NCBI GenBank assembly: GCA_964016885.1
Contig: OZ024744.1
Coordinates: forward strand, 5,084,001-5,148,000
Length of the DNA: 64,000 nt
Direction of reading: 5' to 3'
Origin: Eledone cirrhosa
Taxonomy: Eukaryota
Both the position numbers and the translations under genes were made by a program. Under the pieces are notes generated by a model. It was not told the origin of the DNA, did not search any database, and was given only the letters and a program-made list of their open reading frames with translations. Shown here piece by piece: positions 50,571-61,550 of this stretch (position 1 is its first letter; every line of letters starts with the position of its first letter).

Positions 50571-53500
50571 GGTCTATCTTGGTAGACAGTGGTGTTGGTA
50601 GCAGAAGTCTATCTTGGTAGACAGTGGTGTTGGTAGCAGAGGTCTATCTTGGTAGACAGTGGTGTTGCTAGCAGAGGTCTATCTTGGTAGACAGTGGTGT
50701 TGCTAGCAAAGGTCTATGTTGGTAGACAGTGAGGTTGGTAGCAGAGGTCTATCTTGGTAGACAGTGAGGGTGGTTGCAGAGGTCTATCTTGGTAGACAGT
50801 GGTGTTGGTAGCAGAGGTCTATCTTGGTAGACAGTGAGGTTGGTATCAGAGGTCTATCTTGGTAGACAGTGAGGTTGGTAGCAGAGGTCTATGTTGGTAG
50901 ACAGTGGTGTTGGTAGCATAGGTCTATCTTGGTAGACAGTGGTGTTGGTAGCAGAGGTCTATGTTGGTAGACAGTGGTGTTGGTAGTAGAGGTCTATCTT
51001 GGTAGACAGTGGTGTTGGTAGCAGATGTCTATCTTGGTAGACAGTGGTGTTGGTAGCAGAGGTCTATCTTGGTAGACAGTGGTGTTGGTAGCAGATATCT
51101 ATCTTGGTAGACAGTGGTGTTGGTAGCAGAGGTCTATGTTGGTAGACAGTGGTGTTGGTAGCAGAGGTCTATCTTGGTAGTCAGTGGTGTTGGTAGCAGA
51201 GGTCTATCTTGGTAGACAGTGGTGTTGGTAGCAGAGGTCTATGTTGGTAGACAGTGAGGTTGGTAGCAGAGGTCTATCTTGGTAGACAGTGGTGTTGGTA
51301 GAAGAGGTCTATCTTGGTAGACAGTGAGGTTGGTAGCAGATGTCTATCTTGGTAGACAGTGGTGTTGGTAGCAGAGATCTATCTTGGTAGACAGTGAGGT
51401 TGGTAGCAGAGGTCTATCTTGGTAGACAGTGGTGTTGGTAGCAGAGGTCTATCTTGGTAGACAGTGGTGTTGGTAGCAGAGGTCTATGTTGGTAGACAGT
51501 GGTGTTGATAGCAGAGGTTAATCTTGGTAGACAGTGGTGTTGGTAGCAGAGGTCTATCTTGGTAGACAGTGGTGTTGGTAGCAGAGGTCTATCTTGGTAG
51601 ACAGTGGTGTTGGTAGCAGAGGTCTATGTTGGTAGACAGTGGTGTTTGTAGCAGAGGACTATGTTGGTAGACAGTGGTGTTGGTAGCAGAGGTCTATCTT
51701 GGTAGACATTGAGGTTGGTAGCAGAGGTCTATCTTGGTAGACAGTGGTGTTGGTAGCAGAGATCTATGTTGGTAGACAGTGGTGTTGGTAGCAGAGGTCT
51801 ATCTTAGTAGACAGTGGTGTTGGTAGCAGAGGTCTATCTTGGTAGACAGTGAAGTTGGTAGCAGAGGTCTATCTTGGTAGACAGTGAGGTTGGTAGCAGA
51901 GGTCTATCTTGGTAGACAGTGGTGTTGGTAGCAGAGGTCTATCTTGGTAGACAGTGAGGTTGGTAACAGAGGTCTATCTTGGTAGACAGTGGTGTTGTAG
52001 CAGAGGTCTATCTCGGTAGACAGTGAGGTTGGTAGCAGAGGTCTATGCTGGTAGACAGTGGTGTTGGTAGCAGAGGTCTATCTTGGTAGACAGTGGTGTT
52101 GGTAGCAGAGGTCTATCTTGGTAGACAGTGGTGTTGGTAGCAGAGGTCTATGTTGGTAGACAGTGAGGTTGCTAGCAGAGGTCTATCTTGGTAGACAGTG
52201 GTGTTGGTAGCAGAGGTCTATCTTGGTAGACAGTGAGGTTGGTATCAGAGGTCTATCTTGGTAGACAGTGGTGTTGGTAGCAGAGGTCTATGTTGGTAGA
52301 CAGTGGTGTTGGTAGCAGAGGTCTATCTTGGTAGATAGTGAGGTTGGTAGTAGAGGTCTATGTTGGTAGACATTGGTGTTGGTAGCAGAGTTCTATCTTG
52401 GTAGACAGTGGTGTTGGTAGCAGAGGTCTATGTTGGTAGACAGTGGTGTTGGTAATAGAGGTCTATCTTGGTAGACAGTGGTGTTGGTAGCAGATGTCTA
52501 TCTTGGTAGACAGTGGTGTTGGTAGCAGAGGTCTATCTTGGTAGACAGTGGTGTTGGTAGCAGAGGTCGATCTTGGTAGACAGTGGTGTTGGTAGCAGAG
52601 GTCTATCTTGGTAGACAGTGGTGTTGGTAGCAGATGTCTATCTTGGTAGACAGTGGTGTTGGTAGCAGAGATCTATCTTGGTAGACAGTGGTGTTGGTAG
52701 CAGAGGTCGATCTCGGTAGACAGTGGTGTTGGTAGCAGAGGTCGATCTTGGTAGACAGTGGTGTTGGTAGCAGAGGTCTATCTTGGTAGACAGTGGTGTT
52801 GGTAGCAGAGGTCTATGTTGGTAGACAGTGGTGTTGGTAGCAGAGGTATATCTTGGTAGGCAGTGGTGTTGGTAGCAGAGCTCTATCTTGGTAGACAGTG
52901 GTGTTGGTAGCAGAGGTCTATCTTGGTAGACAGTGGTGTTGGTAGCAGAGGTCTTTCTTGGTAGACAGTGGTGTTGGTAGCAGAGGTCTATGTTGGTAGA
53001 AAGTGAGGTTGGTAGCAGAGGTCTATCTTGGTAGAAAGTGGTGTTGGTAGGAAAGGTCTATCTTGGTAGACAGTGGTGTTGGTAGCAGAGGTCTATCTTG
53101 GTAGACAGTGGTGTTGGTAGCAGAGGTCTATATTGGTAGACAGTGGTGTTGGTAGCAGATGTCTATCTTGGTAGACAGTGGTGTTGGTAGCAGAGGTCTA
53201 TCTTGGTAGACAGTGGTGGTGGTAGCAGAGGTCTATCTTGTTAGACAGTGTTGTTGGTAGCAGAGGTCTATCTTAGTAGACAGTGGTGTTGGTAGCAGAG
53301 GTCTATCCTGGTAGACAGTGTTGTTGGTAGCAGAGGTCTATCTTGGTAGACAGTAGTGTTGGTAGCAGAGGTCTATCTTGGTAGACAGTGGTGTTGGTAG
53401 CTGAGGTCTAACTTGGTAGACAGTGGTGTTGGTAGCAGAGGTCTATCTTAGTAGACAGTGGTGTTGGTAGCAGAGGTCTACCTTGGTAGACAGTGGTGTC

Positions 53501-55959
53501 GGTAGCAGAGCTCTATCCTGGTAGACAGTGGTGTTGGTAGCAGAGGTCTATCTTGGTAGACAGTGAGGTTGGTAGCAGAGGTCTATGTTGGTAGACAGTG
53601 GTGTCGGTAGCAGAGCTCTATCTTGGTAGACAGTGGTGTTGGTAGCAGAAGTCTATCTTGGTAGACAGTGAGGTTGGGAGCAGAGGTCTATGTTGGTAGA
53701 CAGTGGTGTTGGTAGCAGAGGTCTATCTTGGTAGACAGTGGTGTTGGTAGGAGAGGTTTATCTTGGTAGACAGTGGTGTTGGTAGCAGAGGTCTATGTTG
53801 GTAGACAGTGGTGTTGGTAGCAGAGGTATATCTTGGTAGGCAGTGGTGTTGGTAGCAGAGCTCTATCTTGGTAGACAGTGGTGTTGGTAGCAGAGGTCTA
53901 TCTTGGTAGACAGTGGTGTTGGTAGCAGAGGTCTATGTTAGTAGAAAGTGAGGTTGGTAGCAGAGGTCTATCTTGGTAGACAGTGAGGGTGGTAGCAGAG
54001 GTCTATCTTGGTAAACAGAGGTGTTGGTAGCAGAGGTCTATCTTGGTAGACAGTGAGGTTGGTATCAGAGGTCTATCTTGGTAGACAGTGAGGTTGGTAG
54101 CAGAGGTCTATGTTGGTAGACAGTGGTGTTGGTAGCATAGGTCTATCTTGGTAGACAGTGGTGTTGGTAGCAGAGGTCTATGTTGGTAGACAGTGGTGTT
54201 GGTAGTAGAGGTCTATCTTGGTAGACAGTGGTGTTGGTAGCAGATGTCTATCTTGGTAGACAGTGGTGTTGGTAGCAGAGGTCTATCTTGGTAGACAGTG
54301 GTGTTGGTAGCAAATATCTATCTTGGTAGACAGTGGTGTTGGTAGCAGAGGTCTATGTTGGTAGACAGTGGTATTGGTAGCAGAGGTCTATCTTGGTAGA
54401 CAGTGGTGTTGGTAGCAGAGGTCTATCTTGGTAGACAGTGGTGTTGGTAGCAGAGGTCTATCTTGGTAGACAGTGGTGTTGGTAGCAGAGGTCTATCTTG
54501 GTAGACAGTGGTGTTGGTAGCAGAGGTCTATGTTGGTAGACAGTGAGGTTGGTAGCAGAGGTCTATGTTGGTAGACAGGGGTGTTGGTAGCAGAGGTCTA
54601 TCTTGGTAGACAGTGGTGTTGGTAGAAGAGGTCTATGTTGGTAGACAGTGAGGTTGGTAGCAGAGGTCTATCTTGGTAGACAGTGAAGTTGGTAGCAGAG
54701 GTCTATCTTGGTAGACAGTGAGGGTGGTAGCAGAGGTCTATCTTGGTAGACAGTGGTGTTCGTAGCAGAGGTCTATCTTGGTAGACAGTGGTGTTGGTAG
54801 CAGAGGTCTAACTTGGTAGACAGTGAGGTTGGTAGCAGAGGTCTATCTTGGTAGACAGTGGTGTTGGTAGCAGAGGTCTATCTTGGTAGACAGTGGGGTG
54901 GGTAGCAGAGGTCTATGTTGGTAGACAGTGGTGTTGGTAGCAGAGGTCTATGTTGGTAGACAGTGGTGTTGGTAGCAGAGGTCTATGTTGGTAGACAGTG
55001 GTGTTGGTAGCAGAGGTTAATCTTGGTAGACAGTGGTGTTGGTAGCAGAGATCTATCTTGGTAGACAGTAGTGTTGGTAGCAGAGGTCTATGTTGGTAGA
55101 CAGTGGTGTTTGTAGCAGAGGTCTATGTTGGTAGACAGTGGTGTTGGAAGCAGAGGTCTATCTTAGTAGACAGTGGTGTTGGTACTGAGGTCTATGTTGG
55201 TAGACAGTGAGGTTGGTAGCAGAGGTCTATATTGGTAGACAGTGAGGTTGGTAGCAGAGGTATATCTTGGTAGACAGTGAGGTTGGTAGCAGAGCTCTAT
55301 CTTGGTAGACAGTGGTATTGGTAGCAGAGGTCTATCTTGGTAGACAGTGGTGTTGGTAGCAGAGGTCTATCTTGGTAGACAGTGGTGTTGGTAGCAGAGG
55401 TCTATGTTGGTAGACAGTGGTGTTGGTAGCAGAGGTATATCTTGGTAGGCAGTGGTGTTGGTAGCAGAGCTCTATCTTGGTAGACAGTGGTGTTGGTAGC
55501 AGAGGTCTTTCTTGGTAGACAGTGGTGTTGCTAGCAGAGGTCTATGTTGGTAGAAAGTGAGGTTGGTAGCTGAGATCTATGTTGGTAGACAGTGGTTTTG
55601 GTAGCAGAAGTCTATCTTGGTAGACAGTGAGGTTGGTAGCAGAGGTCTATGTTGGTAGACAGTGGTGTTTGTAGCAGAGGACTATGTTGGTAGACAGTGG
55701 TGTTGGTAGCAGAGGTCTATCTTGGTAGACATTGAGGTTGGTAGCAGAGGTCTATCTTGGTAGACAGTGGTGTTGGTAGCAGAGATCTATGTTGGTAGAC
55801 AGTGGTGTTGGTAGCAGAGGTCTATCTTAGTAGACAGTGGTGTTGGTAGCAGAGGTCTATCTTGGTAGACAGTGAAGTTGGTAGCAGAGGTCTATCTTGG
55901 TAGACAGTGAGGTTGGTAGCAGAGGTCTATCTTGGTAGACAGTGGTGTTGGTAGCAGAG

Positions 55960-58900
55960 GTCTATCTTGGTAGACAGTGGTGTTGGTAGCAGAAGTCGAT
56001 CTTGGTAGACAGTGGTGTTGGTAGCAGAGGTCTATCTTGGTAGACAGTGGTGTTGGTAGCAGATGTCTATCTTGGTAGACAGTGGTGTTGGTAGCAGAGA
56101 TCTATCTTGGTAGACAGTGGTGTTGGTAGCAGAGGTCGATCTTGGTAGACAGTGGTGTTGGTAGCAGAGGTCGATCTTGGTAGACAGTGGTGTTGGTAGC
56201 AGAGGTCTATCTTGGTAGACAGTGGTGTTGGTAGCAGAGGTCTATGTTGGTAGACAGTGGTGTTGGTAGCAGAGGTATATCTTGGTAGGCAGTGGTGTTG
56301 GTAGCAGAGCTCTATCTTGGTAGACAGTGGTGTTGGTAGCAGAGGTCTATCTTGGTAGACAGTGGTGTTGGTAGCAGAGGTCTTTCTTGGTAGACAGTGG
56401 TGTTGGTAGCAGAGGTCTATGTTGGTAGAAAGTGAGGTTGGTAGCAGAGGTCTATCTTGGTAGAAAGTGGTGTTGGTAGGAGAGGTCTATCTTGGTAGAC
56501 AGTGGTGTTGGTAGCAGAGGTCTATCTTGGTAGACAGTGGTGTTGGTAGCAGAGGTCTATATTGGTAGACAGTGGTGTTGGTAGCAGATGTCTATCTTGG
56601 TAGACAGTGGTGTTGGTAGCAGAGGTCTATCTTGGTAGACAGTGGTAATGGTAGCAGAGGTCTATCTTGTTAGACAGTGTTGTTGGTAGCAGAGGTCTAT
56701 CTTAGTAGACAGTGGTGTTGGTAGCAGAGGTCTATCCTGGTAGACAGTGGTGTTGGTAGCAGAGGTCTATCTTGGTAGACAGTAGTGTTGGTAGCAGAGG
56801 TCTATCTTGGTAGACAGTGGTGTTGGTAGCTGAGGTCTAACTTGGTAGACAGTGGTGTTGGTAGCAGAGGTCTACCTTGGTAGACAGTGGTGTCGGTAGC
56901 AGAGCTCTATCCTGGTAGACAGTGGTGTTGGTAGCAGAGGTCTATCTTGGTAGACAGTGAGGTTGGTAGCAGAGGTCTATGTTGGTAGACAGTGGTGTCG
57001 GTAGCAGAGCTCTATCTTGGTAGACAGTGGTGTTGGTAGCAGAAGTCTAACTTGGTAGACAGTGAGGTTGGGAGCAGAGGTCTATGTTGGTAGACAGTGG
57101 TGTTGGTAGCAGAGGTCTATGTTGGTAGACAGTGAGGTTGGTAGCAGAGGTCTATCTTGGTAGACAGTGAAGTTGGTAGCAGAGGTCTATCTTGGTAGAC
57201 AGTGAGGGTGGTAGCAGAGGTCTATCTTGGTAGACAGTGGTGTTCGTAGCAGAGGTCTATCTTGGTAGACAGTGGTGTTGGTAGCAGAGGTCTATCTTGG
57301 TAGACAGTGGTGTTGGTAGGAGAGGTTTATCTTGGTAGACAGTGGTGTTGGTAGCAGAGGTCTATGTTGGTAGACAGTGGTGTTGGTAGCAGAGGTATAT
57401 CTTGGTAGGCAGTGGTGTTGGTAGCAGAGCTCTATCTTGGTAGACAGTGGTGTTGGTAGCAGAGGTCTATCTTGGTAGACAGTGGTGTTGGTAGCAGAGG
57501 TCTTTCTTGGTAGACAGTGGTGTTGGTAGCAGAGGTCTATGTTAGTAGAAAGTGAGGTTGGTAGCAAAGGTCTATCTTGGTAGACAGTGAGGGTGGTAGC
57601 AGAGGTCTATCTTGGTAGACAGAGGTGTTGGTAGCAGAGGTCTATCTTGGTACACAGTGAGGTTGGTATCAGAGGTCTATCTTGGTAGACAGTGAGGTCG
57701 GTAGCAGAGGTCTATGTTGGTAGACAGTGGTGTTGGTAGCATAGGTCTATCTTGGTAGACAGTGGTGTTGGTAGCAGAGGTCTATGTTGGTAGACAGTGG
57801 TGTTGGTAGTAGAGGTCTATCTTGGTAGACAGTGGTGTTGGTAGCAGATGTCTATCTTGGTAGACAGTGGTGTTGGTAGCAGAGGTCTATCTTGGTAGAC
57901 AGTGGTGTTGGTAGCAAATATCTATCTTGGTAGACAGTGGTGTTGGTAGCAGAGGTCTATGTTGGTAGACAGTGGTGTTGGTAGCAGAGGTCTATCTTGG
58001 TAGACAGTGGTGTTGGTAGCAGAGGTCTATCTTGGTAGACAGTGGTGTTGGTAGCAGAGGTCTATCTTGGTAGACAGTGGTGTTGGTAGCAGAGGTCTAT
58101 CTTGGTAGACAGTGGTGTTGGTAGCAGAGGTCTATGTTGGTAGACAGTGAGGTTGGTAACAGAGGCCTATGTTGGTAGACAGTGGTGTTGGTAGCAGAGG
58201 TCTATCTTGGTAGACAGTGGTGTTGGTAGAAGAGGTCTATGTTGGTAGACAGTGAGGTTGGTAGCAGAGGTCTATCTTGGTAGACAGTGAGGTTGGTAGC
58301 AGAGGTCTATCTTGGTAGACAGTGGTGGTGGTAGCAGAGGTCTATCTTGGTAGACAATCAGGGTGGTAGCAGAGGTCTATGTTGGTAGACAGTGGTGTTG
58401 GTAGCAGAGGTCTATGTTGGTAGACAGTGGTGTTGGTAGCAGAGGTCTATCTTGGTAGACAGTGGTGTTGGTAGCAGAGGTCTATCTTGGTAGACAGTGG
58501 TGTTGGTAGCCGAGGTCTATCTTGGTAGACAATCAGGGTGGTAGCAGACGTCTATGTTGGTAGACAGTGGTGTTGGTAGCAGAGGTCTATGTTGGTAGAC
58601 AGTGGTGTTGGTAGCAGAGGTCTATCTTGGTAGACAGTGGTGTTGGTAGCAGAGGTCTATCTTGGTAGACAGTGCTTTTGGTAGCAGAGGTCTATATTGG
58701 TAGACAGTGGTGTTGGTAGTAGAGGTATATCTTGGTAGACAGTGGTGTTGGTAGCAGATGTCTATCTTGGTAGACAGTGGTGTTGGTAGCAGAGGTCTAT
58801 CTTGGTAGACAGTGGTGGTGGTAGCAAGGTCTATCTTGGTAGACAGTGGTGTCGGTAGCAGAGGTCTATCTTGGTAGACAGTGGTGTTGGTAACAGAGGT

Positions 58901-61550
58901 CTATCTTGGTAGACAGTGGTGTTGGTAGCAGAGGTCTATCTTGGTAGACAGTGTTGTTGGAAGCAGAGGTCTATCTTGGTAGACAGTGGTGTTGGTAGCA
59001 GACATCTATCTTGGTAGACAGTGGTGTTGGTAACAGATGTCTATCTTGGTAGACAGTGGTGTTGGTAGCAGAGGTCTATCTTGGTAGACAGTGATGTTGG
59101 TAGCAGATGTCTATCTTGGTAGACAGTGGTGTTGGTAGCAGAGGTCTATGTTGGTAGACAGTGGTGTTGGTAGCAGAGGTCTATCTTGGTAGACAGTGAT
59201 GTTGGTAACAGATGTCTATCTTGGTAGACAGTGGTGTTGGTAGCAGAGGTCTATCTTGGTAGACAGTGATGTTGGTAGCAGATGTCTATCTTGGTAGTCA
59301 GTGGTGTTGGTAGCAGAGGTCTATGTTGGTAGACAGTGGTGTTGGTAGCAGAGGTCTATCTTGGTAGGCAGTGGTGTTGGTAGAAGAGGTCTATCTTGGT
59401 AGACAGTGGTGTTGGTAGCAGAGGTCTATCTTGGTAGACAGTGGTGTTGGTAGCAGAGGTCTATCTTGGTAGACAGTGGTGTTGGAAGCAGAGGTCTATC
59501 TTGGTAGACAGTGGTGTTGGTAGCAGAGGTCTATCTTGGTTGACAGTGGTATTGGTAGCAGAGGTCTATCTTAGTAGACAGTGGTGTTGGTAACAGAGGT
59601 CTATCTTGGTAGACAGTGGTGTTGGTAGCAGAGGTATATCTTGGTAGACAGTGGTGTTGGTAGCAGAATCTATCTTGGTAGACAGTGGTGTTAGTCGCAG
59701 AGGTCTATCTTGGTAGACAGTGAGGTTGGTAGCAGAGGTCTATCTTGGTAGACAGTGGTGTTGGTAGCAGAGGTCTATCTTGGTAGACAGTGATGTTGGT
59801 AGAAGAGGTCTATGTTGGTAGAAAGTGAGGTTGGTAGCAGAGGTCTATCTTGGTAGACAGTGGTGTTGGTAGCAGAGGTTTATATTGGTAGACAGTGGTG
59901 TTGGTAGCAGAGGTTTATCTTGGTAGACATTGAGGTTGGTAGCAGAGGTCTATCTTGGTAGACAGTGGTGTTGGTAGCAGAGGTCTATGTTGGTAGACAG
60001 TGGTGTTGGTAGCAGAAGTCTATCTTGGTAGACAGTGGTGTTGGTAGCAGAGGTCTATATTGGTAGACAGTGGTGTTGGTAGCAGAGGTCTATCTTGGTA
60101 GACAGTGAGGTTGGTAGCAGAGGTCTATCTTCGTAGACAGTGAGGTTGGTAGCAGAGGTCTATCTTGGTAGACAGTGGTGTTGGTAGCAGAGGTCTATGT
60201 TGGTAGACAGTGAGGTTGGTAGCAGAGGTCTATCTTGGTAGACAGTGAAGTTGGTAGCAGAGGTCTATCTTGGTAGACAGTGAGGGTGGTAGCAGAGGTC
60301 TATCTTGGTAGACAGTGGTGTTCGTAGCAGAGGTCTATCTTGGTAGACAGTGGTGTTGGTAGCAGAGGTCTATCTTGGTAGACAGTGAGGTTGGTAGCAG
60401 AGGTCTATCTTGGTAGACAGTGGTGTTGGTAGCAGAGGTCTATCTTGGTAGACAGTGGGGTGGGTAGCAGAGGTCTATCTTGGTAGACAGTGGTGTTGGT
60501 AGCAGAGGTCTATCTTGGTAGACAGTGGTGTTGGTAGCAGAGGTCTATGTTGGTAGACAGTGGTGTTGGTAGCAGAGGTTAATCTTGGTAGACAGTGGTG
60601 TTGGTAGCAGAGGTCTATCTTGGTAGACAGTGGTGTTGGTAGCAGAGATCTATCTTGGTAGACAGTAGTGTTGGTAGCAGAGGTCTATGTTGGTAGACAG
60701 TGGTGTTTGTAGCAGAGGTCTATGTTGGTAGACAGTGGTGTTGGAAGCAGAGGTCTATCTTAGTAGACAGTGGTGTTGGTACATAGGTCTATGTTGGTAG
60801 ACAGTGAGGTTGGTAGCAGAGGTCTATATTGGTAGACAGTGAGGTTGGTAGCAGAGGTCTATCTTGGTAGACAGTGAGGTTGGTAGCAGAGCTCTATCTT
60901 GGTAGAAAGTGGTGTTGGTAGCAGAGGTCTATGTTGGTAGACAGTGGTGTTGGTAGCAGAGGTTTATCTTGGTAGACAGTGGTGTTGGTAGCAGAGGTCT
61001 ATGTTGGTAGACAGTGGTGTTGGTAGCAGAGGTATATCTTGGTAGGCAGTGGTGTTGGTAGCAGAGCTCTATCTTGGTAGACAGTGGTGTTGGTAGCAGA
61101 GGTCTTTCTTGGTAGACAGTGGTGTTGCTAGCAGAGGTCTATGTTGATAGAAAGTGAGGTTGGTAGCTGAGGTCTATGTTGGTAGACAGTGGTGTTGGTA
61201 GCAGAAGTCTATCTTGGTAGACAGTGAGGTTGGTAGCAGAGGTCTATCTTGGTAGACAGTGGTGTTGGTAGCAGAGGTCTATCTTGGTAGACAGTGGTGT
61301 TGGTAGCAGAGGTCTATCTTGGTAGACAGTGGTGTTGGTAGCAGAGGTCTATCTTGGTAGACAGTGGTGTTGGTAGCAGAGGTCTATCTTGGTAGACAGT
61401 GGTGTTGCTAGCAGAGGTCTATCTTGGTAGACAGTGGTGTTGGTAGCAAAGGTCTATGTTGATAGACAGTGAGGTTGGTAGCAGAGGTCTATCTTGGTAG
61501 ACAGTGAGGGTGCTTGCAGAGGTCTATGTTGGTAGACAGTGGTGTTGGTA
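55960..61550. repeat. Third, partial copy of the 7.94-kb unit (matches ~27810-33430)
   Basis: AGAAGTCGAT at 27835/55991 and the ORFs at 29136/57292 give offset 28156. The offset is 28121 after one monomer is lost near 58340. Confidence 0.92.

Noticed and set aside
57292-57567. Third identical 91-aa ORF
   Set aside because: It lies inside the 28156-bp-offset copy of the same block.
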